64,000 nt of DNA, taken from NCBI GenBank assembly GCA_963693055.1, contig OY843751.1, positions 1,312,001 through 1,376,000 on the forward strand. Reading direction: 5' to 3'. The DNA comes from a bacterium. GTDB taxonomy: Bacteria; Zhuqueibacterota; Zhuqueibacteria; Residuimicrobiales; Krinioviventaceae. Of the stretch, positions 38,138 through 47,502 are shown in pieces. The notes under the pieces are model-generated. The model had not been told where the DNA came from. It was given only the letters and a program-made list of their open reading frames with translations, and did not search any database. The translations under genes and the position numbers were made by a program. How positions within the stretch are numbered: the first letter of the stretch is position 1; each line of letters begins with the position of its first letter.

Positions 38138-40645
38138 TTATTTCACAAACAAAGCTTTTCTGATTTTAATACAATTTCCTGTTTCCAGTTTGTAAAAATA
38201 TATGCCGCTTGAAAGATCCTCCGCATTCATCATGTAGGTGTATACTCCCGCTCCTTTTTGTTCGTTCACAAGTTCACGAACTTTTTCCCCCAATACATTA
38301 TACAGGGTCAGTTTTACATTTGATTTGTAGGGTACAGCATAGTTGATTGTTGTTGTCGGGTTAAAGGGATTGGGATAGTTTTGCTCTAATCTAAACCGAG
38401 TGGGGATTGCCGTATCCTTCTCTCTGGAATCGATGCGAGTATAAACAGGAGGCTCTTCCGGTACCCAGTCATAGCTGAAACGAGGATTAGATGTTTTTGC
38501 AAAAATGTTTTCAAGGGTATATTCGGCAGCTTCTTCATCGGATAGTTGTCTGGATATAGGAGTTCTATATGTTGTATCCGCACCTTCACCGTAACAGTTG
38601 TATTCTGCGTATAATGCCGGTGGCACATTCCAGGCCGACCATCCCACTAGTGAAAGAGCTGCAGGCTCTTGCGTATTGATGAATACCGTGCGTGGCGCTC
38701 CCTGCCAGGGGCGACCCAGCACAAAAGTATAAATCTCTTTGCCATCAAACCCAATATTATCATTACTAATGATACAATCTTTGAATACATAACCGAATTT
38801 GGAATCTGCTTCTGTGGCTGCTGCTGTCAGGGCTCCACCGTTTCGGTTGATGTGAATTTCGCAGCTATCAAACAGCACAATATTACGTCCGAAAATAAAA
38901 TCAACCGATCCTTCAATGTAGCAGTTTTTCATATAGGTCCTGCCTGTACCCCGGCCACCCCAGGTATAGTAAGTGTCCTGATATCCGAGCAGTCTGCAGT
39001 TATAATAGCTTTGCCGGTCTCCGTTTACACGTAGAGCAACCGCCTGTTGGTCTTCAAAACTACCGTCATTCATTACAGTGTTCTGAAAAGTAATATTAAC
39101 TGCTGTAAAGTCATCCGCATCAATTGCTGTGCTGTACGAATTGGAGGTGCCGCCTGCTTTGCCAGCATAATCATCAAATGTGAGTATGGTACTGTCCGCA
39201 TTTTCACCCCGAAGCGTTACATTGAGCTTTTCTCTGTCAAGTAGCAGCTTTTCGTAATATACTCCATTTTTGATATAAATATAATAATTACCGGTATATT
39301 TGTCCGGAATGTTATCAAACGCTTGCTGAACAGTAGTATAATCTCCATTGCCCGAATGGTCAACCACTTTATAGACATCCGGTTGGGGAGCCAGAGTAGT
39401 GAATTCGCGGACCGATCCATAACCGGTCCCGGCGCTATTGGTAGCATACGCACAGACGTAATAGGTTGTGGTTTCCTGCAAGGGGTAGATCAAGCTGTTA
39501 AAGGCTGACATGCCGTCACCTTCTATGTTATAACTGTCATCCAGAGTAGGGGAGCCGGTAGTATTCCACACCAGACCTTTCGCGGTAATTTCGGCGCCGC
39601 CCCAGTCAATAACACTGCCGCCGCATTCAGCGGTTTCTACACGTACATTAGAAACACCGGCAGTAAATACCCAGGGAACATCTAATGAATCAAGGGTTTT
39701 GAATGTAATTTCTTCTCCATAAGCAGTACCTGCGGCATTTATAGCATATGCTTTGGCAAAATATTCTGTACCGGGAGTTAGGCCCGTCAAATGACTTGTA
39801 AAGGCACCAGAGCCGGTTCCATCTGATGTGTGATTGTTTTCGATAGTGGGGGAACCTGTGGTATTCCAAACAACACCACGTTGAGTAATTTGTGCGCCAC
39901 CATCAGATTCAATATCACCTCCGCAGGTGCAATAAGTGGTGGAAACAAATGTAGCATCTTCCGTAGAGAGACTGGCTAAATCGTATTCAATTTCACCTTC
40001 CACAGTGCCACTAATTTTGACATCTTTTAATAAAAGATATTTACCGGTAAGGCCGCTGGTTTGATTGTGGACCCAGGGATAGACTCGCAGGTAAAAAGTT
40101 CTATCGCCAGGGATCTGTACATTTAAATTCAAGGATACTGTATGCAACGAGTCGGCACGTAATATATATCCGTTGCTTTCAAGCACAAGAGAAGCAGGGA
40201 TTTCTTCAAATGTATTGAAATCAGGATCCTGTGAGTAAAGAATACGGGCTTTAAGATAGTTGGTATAGTCCGCTCCAATTTTTAAAGAAGTGTTTTTGAT
40301 TGTGAGATCTGTGCCGCTCATTGCGGATACGGCAAACTGTGTATAAACCGATTCAATGATGTCGGTTTGATTCTCCGGCCATTGTGTGGCTCCACCCGGG
40401 GGACGGTTGTCGCTGCGTTGGCTGTTTTTGGCACCGGTGTAACTATTTACGCGCATACCAACGAATTGCTGATCCACTGCATCTATAGGGCCGGAGGTCA
40501 AAACGGTTAGTCCGCTACCTTCTGTCGCTGGATCACTCAACTCCCACAATGCATATGCAGAGGTGGTTTCATTTACCTCTTGTCCAAAACTATTACCGGT
40601 AATGAAAAGAGTACAAAATAACAAAAGAAATGTTTGTCGATTCAT
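38138..40645 (-). CDS. Secreted pectinesterase (CE8) with FN3-like domains and T9SS-type CTD
   Basis: GDYTTVQQA, QAVAL, GYQDT, GSVDFIFG, LGRPW motifs; two CGG...RGVVW repeats; NYPNPFNP. Confidence 0.92.
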   Translation of the reverse strand: MNRQTFLLLFCTLFITGNSFGQEVNETTSAYALWELSDPATEGSGLTVLTSGPIDAVDQQFVGMRVNSYTGAKNSQRSDNRPPGGATQWPENQTDIIESVYTQFAVSAMSGTDLTIKNTSLKIGADYTNYLKARILYSQDPDFNTFEEIPASLVLESNGYILRADSLHTVSLNLNVQIPGDRTFYLRVYPWVHNQTSGLTGKYLLLKDVKISGTVEGEIEYDLASLSTEDATFVSTTYCTCGGDIESDGGAQITQRGVVWNTTGSPTIENNHTSDGTGSGAFTSHLTGLTPGTEYFAKAYAINAAGTAYGEEITFKTLDSLDVPWVFTAGVSNVRVETAECGGSVIDWGGAEITAKGLVWNTTGSPTLDDSYNIEGDGMSAFNSLIYPLQETTTYYVCAYATNSAGTGYGSVREFTTLAPQPDVYKVVDHSGNGDYTTVQQAFDNIPDKYTGNYYIYIKNGVYYEKLLLDREKLNVTLRGENADSTILTFDDYAGKAGGTSNSYSTAIDADDFTAVNITFQNTVMNDGSFEDQQAVALRVNGDRQSYYNCRLLGYQDTYYTWGGRGTGRTYMKNCYIEGSVDFIFGRNIVLFDSCEIHINRNGGALTAAATEADSKFGYVFKDCIISNDNIGFDGKEIYTFVLGRPWQGAPRTVFINTQEPAALSLVGWSAWNVPPALYAEYNCYGEGADTTYRTPISRQLSDEEAAEYTLENIFAKTSNPRFSYDWVPEEPPVYTRIDSREKDTAIPTRFRLEQNYPNPFNPTTTINYAVPYKSNVKLTLYNVLGEKVRELVNEQKGAGVYTYMMNAEDLSSGIYFYKLETGNCIKIRKALFVK

Positions 40646-40802
40646 GAGATTACCCTCAAGTTGAAATACGACCCCAATACTGATTTGTGATATATTGATT
40701 ATAATGAATTTTCATTCAATGAGCAAGGGGATATCCTTTTTTTTTACCGGTGATTGAAAAAACTGTTGGTCGATTCCGTTTATAATCAATTACCCTATGA
40801 CG

Positions 40803-40838
40803 TGCGACATATGTACTGGTTTTTGCGACATGTGTACT
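40803..40838. promoter_or_regulatory. Direct repeat with 21-bp period, candidate activator site
   Basis: TGCGACAT(A/G)TGTACT at 40803-40817 and 40824-40838, upstream of the pectinesterase gene. Confidence 0.55.
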
Positions 40839-40863
40839 TGGTTCCATAAGTTTTTTATAATTA

Positions 40864-42075
40864 GAAACATCTGAAATATTGGATTTTTTCATATTGAACT
40901 AATAAATTGAGTTCAATTTTCCAAAGAGAATGAAATATTTATAAAATCTATAACATTTAAAATTGTTCTTTGACAAAATTTACTATCATTACTCTAATAC
41001 ATAGGTTATATACCTACGAAATGGCTCAAGTGGTTAATGTAACCATACGCCTGATATTATAAACCCATGCTGCAATCACAAATTCAAAACGATTTCGGCC
41101 CATATCATAATAACTGCACCGATCATAATCTAATACTTGCTTCATAAAGGCAAACGGTCTTTCAACTGCATTCCGAACTTTAGATAATTGCTTATTTCTT
41201 TTTACCTGCTTTGATGTCAAATTTCGGTTTCTATATCCTTTATCAAGAATGCCGCAATAGACTCCTTTGCCTCGCAGGTTGCACTTGCGGGCTTTGTTCG
41301 TGTAACCTTTATCTGCGAACACCGCATTTTCTTTTTCTGTTATCAGATCCGGAAAAAGATTTGTGTCGTGAATACTTGCGCTGGTAAACTCTACAGAATG
41401 AATAATATCACTGTCCAAATCTGTACCAATATGGCCTTTGTAGCCATAATGCGTTTTGCCACGTTTCTTTGTGAAATCTGCATCACGATCACGCTTGCTT
41501 CCTGGTTTCGCTTGTGCTTGTTTTATAGTTGCATCAACAAGTGTTCCTTTGCCAACGATCAGACCCATTTTTTCAAGCTGTTTGTTGAATTGCCGGAACA
41601 GTATTTTATCAAGACCAAGACGGGCAAATAGTTCACGATATCGGCAGATAGTGGTTTCGTCAGGGATTGCATCCGCACTGGTCAGTTCCAGAAACAATTG
41701 AAAACTACGTCGATCCGCAATCTCTTCTTCCAGGCGAGGATCGGATAAACCATAGATACGTTGTAATAAAAAACAACGAACAATAACTAACAAATCAAAT
41801 GACGGCTTGCCTGCATTTGATTTTCTGGTTTTTGATTGTTCAATACGTTCTTCAATGGGTTCAAGTAAATTTTGCCAATCAATTTTTTCTTTGATAATTT
41901 CCAGAGCTTGTTTGCTTTGGGTTTTTATATGCTTTTTGAAATTTTCATTTGCTGCTGTGGTAAACAAGTCTTCATTGTTTATTCTATTGCGACCCATGTA
42001 AAACTCCAGTTTTTTTTATCATACAGCAAATTAGTAAATTATTACCTTTGATTCTAATAATATTTCAGAGGTTTC
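40864..42075 (-). mobile_element. IS5-family insertion sequence (1212 bp)
   Basis: TIR GAAAC(A/C)TCTGAAATATT, 16/17 match; AATTA duplicated at 40859-40863 and 42076-42080. Confidence 0.9.
41026..41997 (-). CDS. IS5-family transposase
   Basis: LSDPRLEE, IPDETT, VDAT, GYKGH, ADKGY, R..VERPF. Confidence 0.93.
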   Translation of the reverse strand: MGRNRINNEDLFTTAANENFKKHIKTQSKQALEIIKEKIDWQNLLEPIEERIEQSKTRKSNAGKPSFDLLVIVRCFLLQRIYGLSDPRLEEEIADRRSFQLFLELTSADAIPDETTICRYRELFARLGLDKILFRQFNKQLEKMGLIVGKGTLVDATIKQAQAKPGSKRDRDADFTKKRGKTHYGYKGHIGTDLDSDIIHSVEFTSASIHDTNLFPDLITEKENAVFADKGYTNKARKCNLRGKGVYCGILDKGYRNRNLTSKQVKRNKQLSKVRNAVERPFAFMKQVLDYDRCSYYDMGRNRFEFVIAAWVYNIRRMVTLTT

Positions 42076-42263
42076 AATTAAATTATTCTGAGACTGTGGG
42101 ACTATTATTGATTGGCGTTTGATGGCAAGAGTGTAGAGCTGGAATTTGGTTGGTAATACATTTTCCCCCTGTTAATCGATACAAATTAAAAATTATAAAA
42201 AATCTTAATGATTAGGTTTCACTTTCCGACTTTGTAGAAAGGATAAAATATGGGAATCATAAA

Positions 42264-43100
42264 GTGGATACCAGATACAATTTCATCATTTATTTATTTT
42301 GTAGCATCATGCCGTTCGCAGTTGTAATCTGTGGTTGTAACAAAACGGCCCCACCTCAATGGTGGGCGGCTTCCGGTACAAACGTGATACACACAAAATG
42401 GTTTACAGATGTTGCAGATACCTCACAAATGCTGGAAACCGTTAACGGAATTTGGGTATTACCAAAACAGCCTTTAGAGGATGACAATATAAAAATCGAA
42501 TCCTCAACAACATCTTTATTCGCTTTCAATGAGAAAATATCCATTTTAGGGCATGTGGACCAAATTGCATGTCATCAATCCGGCAATGTTCAGCAAGAGT
42601 ATTATCGCTTTGATAATGGCGATGTATTGCTGGCCGGTGTAAAAACCGCGGATTCCTCCCGGTTATTTACAATCTATGATCCGCCAATGATGTTGGTACC
42701 GGATAATTTGTTCGATATGGAAACCAAAATTGTGTGTCAAGCCCGGTCACGCTATCATAATGAACTGACAGGATTACAAAGTCAGGGGCCTCTGGTGCAT
42801 ATAGAAATAGAACGACTGCAAAAGGGCAAGGTATTGTATCAAAATAAATCGTTAGATGCAGTTGTATGTAAAGTGACCCTGTCTCAGGATCAGGAAATAA
42901 ACTATCAGGATACAAAATTTACATTGCCCAAAACAAGAGTGATTTCAAACCATTTGTTAATAGCTCGTGGAGTTGGGACGCTTTTAGAATGGAGTATACG
43001 GTATACGCATGATAACCAAAATGCAAAGAAAAAGAAAAGTGATAACAGCAAGTTTGATAAAAAACTATTAATTGTTTTGCATAAACATATCAGTCATTGA
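42264..43100 (+). CDS. Hypothetical protein, possible lipoprotein
   Basis: 278-aa ORF with ICGC lipobox-like motif; start uncertain. Confidence 0.55.
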   Translation: MDTRYNFIIYLFCSIMPFAVVICGCNKTAPPQWWAASGTNVIHTKWFTDVADTSQMLETVNGIWVLPKQPLEDDNIKIESSTTSLFAFNEKISILGHVDQIACHQSGNVQQEYYRFDNGDVLLAGVKTADSSRLFTIYDPPMMLVPDNLFDMETKIVCQARSRYHNELTGLQSQGPLVHIEIERLQKGKVLYQNKSLDAVVCKVTLSQDQEINYQDTKFTLPKTRVISNHLLIARGVGTLLEWSIRYTHDNQNAKKKKSDNSKFDKKLLIVLHKHISH

Positions 43101-43116
43101 AAAGAGGGAGAAAATA

Positions 43117-46100
43117 ATGAAATTCAATAATCTTATCCTTGTAATTTTGACCGTAATGGGTCATTCACTTTACGCGCAAACCAACCTGGTACAAACCATA
43201 ACCGAAGCCAATGCAGATGTTGTGGCCGGTTGGGGTGCTCGCTCTATTACCTATGCCAATGTCAATGGCGACGCGTACGATGACCTGGTCATTGGAGCAG
43301 GTGAAGCCAATACCGACGGCAGCGTCTTTATCTATTACGGGGGACCCACTCTGGACGGGACGGTAGACATTACCCTGAACGCTGTAGATTCCGATACCTG
43401 GTTTGCTGAAATTATAGCCAACGCCGGTGATTTAAACAATGATGGTTACGACGACCTGCTTGTTTCAGCACCCAGATATAACGAAGGAGCGGGGCGTATT
43501 TATGTGTATTTGGGCGGAACCAGTATGGATGCAACACCTGACCTGGTCCTGGACCCTGACACGGATATGGAAAATTTTAATTACATTTCCCTGGCTGGCG
43601 CGGGCGATGTCAACCATGACGGCTATGATGATTTTCTTTTGGGCGTTCCACTCTACAACAATTTAACCGGCATGGCCAGCATTTATCTGGGCGGGGCAAC
43701 TTTAAACAGCACACCGGACTATACATTTTACGGTAATAATGAAGGTGATCTTTACGGTGAAAGGGTATGCGGCGCTGGTGATGTCAATAACGATAACTAT
43801 GATGATGTGCTCATTGGCGCTTGTAAAAAAGACAACTATACCGGGGAGGCACAGCTCTTTTTAGGCGGTGCCAGCATCAGTAGTACGCCGGCACAAACTC
43901 TGACCGGTGAAAATGAAAATGATGATTTTTCCTGGGGAATGGCCGGTAATCTGGACGTGAACAATGACGGTTATGATGATGTGGTGGTGAGCAGTGATGG
44001 TTATGACTATACAACCGGCAGGATTTATATCTATTTTGGAAGTGCAAGTTTTGACGCCACCGCCGATGTGAGTATCGATGGTAACAATCCATACGAACAA
44101 TTCGGTAGCCGAGTTAGCAGCGCCGGCGACATGAACAATGACAATTATGACGATATTTTAGTTACGGCTGTAGGGGAAAATAACGAGGGAATGGTTTATG
44201 TTTTTTTGGGTGGAAGCAGTATGGATACATATGACGATTTTTATTTGGAAGGCTCTGAAGAGGATGAAAAATTAGGATGTACCATTGCCGGCGGCGGCGA
44301 CATGAACAATGACGGCTATGATGATATTGTCATAGGGTCCGCTGAAAATGTATACAGTACATTTTATGCCTTTCAGGGTAGTAATCCCCTGGACGACACG
44401 GTAGATATGACCATTCAGGATGAGCTGGGAATGGTACCCGGTAAATACAACGCTTTTGGCAAATCCATTGCCAACGCCGGCGATGTGAATAATGACGGCT
44501 ATGACGACATGATTGTAGGGGCCACCAATTATGACGAGAAAGGCGCGGCGTATATTTATTACGGTGGCCCGGGTATGGACTATACCGCGGATGTCATACT
44601 GGTTGGTTACACCAAGAGCGGACAATTTGGTTGCGCGGTTGCCGGTGCGGGAGATGTAAATAATGACGGCTATGATGATGTATTGGTAGGGGCAAGTGAT
44701 GATGGCTCAAGAGGTAAAGCATTCCTCTATTTGGGCGGCAGCAATATGGATAGCACGCCAGATGCAAGTATGGAAGGTCAATATAACGGAAATTTTGGTC
44801 ATGCACTTGATGGTGTGGGTGATGTAAACAGCGACGGGTACGATGATTTTATCATTTGTACAAATAGCTGCAATATTGGATCGGGCAGGGCCTATTTATA
44901 TTATGGCGCGGAAACAGTAGATGGGACGGCAGATGATCATTGGCAAGGCAGTTTGGGAGAATATTACGGCAGTTCAGTTAGCAGCGGCGGAGATTTTAAC
45001 GGCGACGGTCATAATGACGTTATCATTAGTTCACGGAGTTTGGATGGATATATTTACATTTACAGGGGTGGTAGTTCATTTAGCTTTGGCAGCTATAGAC
45101 TTATAACCGGCCCGAACAATAATGACAGATGGGGACATAAAGCACGCTTTGTAGGCGATGTAAACAATGATGGATTTGATGATATAATGGTAACCAACCA
45201 AAAAGGCCCTGATGATTCAAGTTCCGTGTTCTTGATTCTGGGTAATAACTCGGATGATTATAGTAGTGATCTTGAGTTCAAATTTATGTACGAGGATTAC
45301 AGTTATGATCTTGATATAGGTTATGTAGGCGACCTTAATGACGATGGCTTTGACGACATTGTAATAGGCGATCAGACTAAAAATCGTTTATCAGGCCAAA
45401 CCTGTGTTTACCTGGGCGGCAGTACTGTAGACAATATAGCAGACGCCATCATATATGGAAACGATACTAATGACCACTTTGGTTGCGCGATTGCCGGTGT
45501 GGGTGATATTGATAATGATGGTCATATAGATTTTATGGCGGGCGCTTATGCGGAAGGCGATAATGGTACGGTCAAACAATATTATCTCAGTGATGATATG
45601 GTAGTGACCGGCGTTAAAGTGTTTTTGCAAGGCGCATACGATGCGGACGCTGTCGATCCTGTCATGACCACGGAATTGGCGGGCAGCATTCCCACCACAT
45701 CCCCCTATTCCGATAGCCGCACCGTCTCCAGTGTGCCGGATAGTGTAGTTGACTGGGTATGGCTAGAACTGCGGTCAACGCAGGACGGCGCTGCCGAATA
45801 TGGCCGGTCTTACTTTTTACAAAATGATGGTTACCTGGTGGATGATGATACCAGCAAAACCATTCTTGATCTCTCATCACAGGTTGCGCCCGGAGACTAT
45901 TATATGGTGATCAAACATCGAAATCACCTATGTGTGGAAAGTGCCGCCGCACAAACGCTCAGCAGTTCCATGAGTACATATAATTTTGCATCAAGTTTAA
46001 CCAATTATTTAGAGTCAAACGCGGCTACGCTGGAAGCAGGTGTGTACGGCATGTACGTTGGAGACTGTGGATGCGATGGCATCATTACCAATGCAGACAA

Positions 46101-46236
46101 AGATCCAATAAATGCCAACATTGATGCCACCGGATATCAGACAGGTGATACCAATATGGATGGTTTAATCACCAATGCCGATAAAGATTTTATCAACTCA
46201 AATATGGATGCATCATCATCTGTAAATAATGAATAA
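43117..46236 (+). CDS. Secreted FG-GAP (integrin-alpha-like propeller) repeat protein with C-terminal dockerin-like domain
   Basis: About 14 FG...AGDVNNDGYDD repeats; VKVFLQGAY...KHRNHL domain; duplicated DG.ITNADKD.IN.N.D tail; no YPNPFNP CTD. Confidence 0.85.
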   Translation: MKFNNLILVILTVMGHSLYAQTNLVQTITEANADVVAGWGARSITYANVNGDAYDDLVIGAGEANTDGSVFIYYGGPTLDGTVDITLNAVDSDTWFAEIIANAGDLNNDGYDDLLVSAPRYNEGAGRIYVYLGGTSMDATPDLVLDPDTDMENFNYISLAGAGDVNHDGYDDFLLGVPLYNNLTGMASIYLGGATLNSTPDYTFYGNNEGDLYGERVCGAGDVNNDNYDDVLIGACKKDNYTGEAQLFLGGASISSTPAQTLTGENENDDFSWGMAGNLDVNNDGYDDVVVSSDGYDYTTGRIYIYFGSASFDATADVSIDGNNPYEQFGSRVSSAGDMNNDNYDDILVTAVGENNEGMVYVFLGGSSMDTYDDFYLEGSEEDEKLGCTIAGGGDMNNDGYDDIVIGSAENVYSTFYAFQGSNPLDDTVDMTIQDELGMVPGKYNAFGKSIANAGDVNNDGYDDMIVGATNYDEKGAAYIYYGGPGMDYTADVILVGYTKSGQFGCAVAGAGDVNNDGYDDVLVGASDDGSRGKAFLYLGGSNMDSTPDASMEGQYNGNFGHALDGVGDVNSDGYDDFIICTNSCNIGSGRAYLYYGAETVDGTADDHWQGSLGEYYGSSVSSGGDFNGDGHNDVIISSRSLDGYIYIYRGGSSFSFGSYRLITGPNNNDRWGHKARFVGDVNNDGFDDIMVTNQKGPDDSSSVFLILGNNSDDYSSDLEFKFMYEDYSYDLDIGYVGDLNDDGFDDIVIGDQTKNRLSGQTCVYLGGSTVDNIADAIIYGNDTNDHFGCAIAGVGDIDNDGHIDFMAGAYAEGDNGTVKQYYLSDDMVVTGVKVFLQGAYDADAVDPVMTTELAGSIPTTSPYSDSRTVSSVPDSVVDWVWLELRSTQDGAAEYGRSYFLQNDGYLVDDDTSKTILDLSSQVAPGDYYMVIKHRNHLCVESAAAQTLSSSMSTYNFASSLTNYLESNAATLEAGVYGMYVGDCGCDGIITNADKDPINANIDATGYQTGDTNMDGLITNADKDFINSNMDASSSVNNE

Positions 46237-46246
46237 AGGAGATACC

Positions 46247-47350
46247 ATGAACTTTGATAAAAGAATCATGATCGTTGTATTGTTATTGTCCCTGATGGGC
46301 ACATTGCCTGCATTTGCACAAACTGTTGATTTGACTATCAATAATCAACAGGTAAGCGGTGGTTATTTGTATTTTGATGTGGTGCTCAACCGCACCAGCG
46401 CTTGGGCTGCAGATTTTTTGGGCGATTGTAGTTTTTATTTCAGTTATAACAACAGTGCGCTTAGTAACCCCTCTGTCACCTCGCAGCATGCGGACCTTAC
46501 TTTAGGAAATGGCTATTCTATTACTTCCGGAACAAACGCTCCGTATGTATATGTTACCATTACCTATGGTTTTAGTGAAACGCCAATGGCTATATCACAA
46601 AACATAGACTATACCCTGTTTACTCTTCGTATGGATATAGATGATTCTGGTGCAAACTCAAACCTGAATTGGAACACGACCGCATCTGCTGTGCTGGATG
46701 TAGCTGACCAGTCCACCACCGAATCGTATTACGGTGGCAGCGATGTTACATTACCGGTAGAGCTTTCATCCTTAACCGCGAATCAAAATGGTAATGTGGT
46801 AGACATTTGCTGGACCACAGAAAGTGAAGTTGAAAACCTGGGTTTTATTGTTCAACGTAGCATTGACGATCAGGAAACCTGGACACAAGTTGCTTCTTAT
46901 AACACACATGCGGAATTAATGGGGCAGGGAACAAGCTCGAAACAAACAATATATAATTTTACCGATTCTGATGTTCAATCCGGGACTGTTAGTTATCGTC
47001 TTTCTGAAGTAAGTACATCTGGTCAGGTGAATATTTTGGGTACGGTTGATGTTAGCCTGTCAAAGATACCGGAAAAGACAGAGCTGGATATGGCGTATCC
47101 CAATCCCTTTAATCCGGTAACAACAATAAGCTATCATATGGCAAAAGACGGACCGGTTGAAATTTCTGTTTATAATTTGTTGGGCAGTAAAGTAAAGACT
47201 TTGATTGATATGAAAATGGCTGCTGGCAGTTATCAAACAATCTGGCAGGGTAAGGATGATTCCGGTCAGCAGGCAGCTTCGGGAATGTATCTGGTAGTTA
47301 TGAAGGCCGGACAGAAAAGACTAACTCAAAAAGTTTTGTTGATAAAGTAA
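46247..47350 (+). CDS. Secreted protein: cohesin-like N-domain plus T9SS/FlgD-type CTD
   Basis: Signal peptide, beta-rich ~150-aa domain (FYFSYN.SAL...LFTL), LPVELSS, YPNPFNP; the cohesin call is inference. Confidence 0.7.
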   Translation: MNFDKRIMIVVLLLSLMGTLPAFAQTVDLTINNQQVSGGYLYFDVVLNRTSAWAADFLGDCSFYFSYNNSALSNPSVTSQHADLTLGNGYSITSGTNAPYVYVTITYGFSETPMAISQNIDYTLFTLRMDIDDSGANSNLNWNTTASAVLDVADQSTTESYYGGSDVTLPVELSSLTANQNGNVVDICWTTESEVENLGFIVQRSIDDQETWTQVASYNTHAELMGQGTSSKQTIYNFTDSDVQSGTVSYRLSEVSTSGQVNILGTVDVSLSKIPEKTELDMAYPNPFNPVTTISYHMAKDGPVEISVYNLLGSKVKTLIDMKMAAGSYQTIWQGKDDSGQQAASGMYLVVMKAGQKRLTQKVLLIK

Positions 47351-47373
47351 GTTAAATCAGATAAAATGATAGA

Positions 47374-47412
47374 GTGCTCCTGGATTTATATATCCGGGAG
47401 CACCTTTTTTTT
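47374..47412 (+). terminator. Intrinsic terminator
   Basis: GTGCTCC.GGAT...ATCC.GGAGCAC followed by a T tract. Confidence 0.75.
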
Positions 47413-47502
47413 ATAAAAAGTTAATTACCTTTTGCATTTCAAAAAAAATATTAATAGGTTGAAAATATTAAAAATTAAAATTCTTAAAAATCTAATTATG
47501 CA

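Larger units (their letters stand above)
36264..38138 (-). mobile_element. Putative DUF1670-pair mobile element 2 (1875 bp)
   Basis: 21-bp IR AGGAAATATTTCCGGTAGGTT (36264-36284) versus AACCTACCGGAAAATTTTCCT (38118-38138), 19/21 match; palindromic GGAAA-NN-TTTCC core at both ends. Confidence 0.72.
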
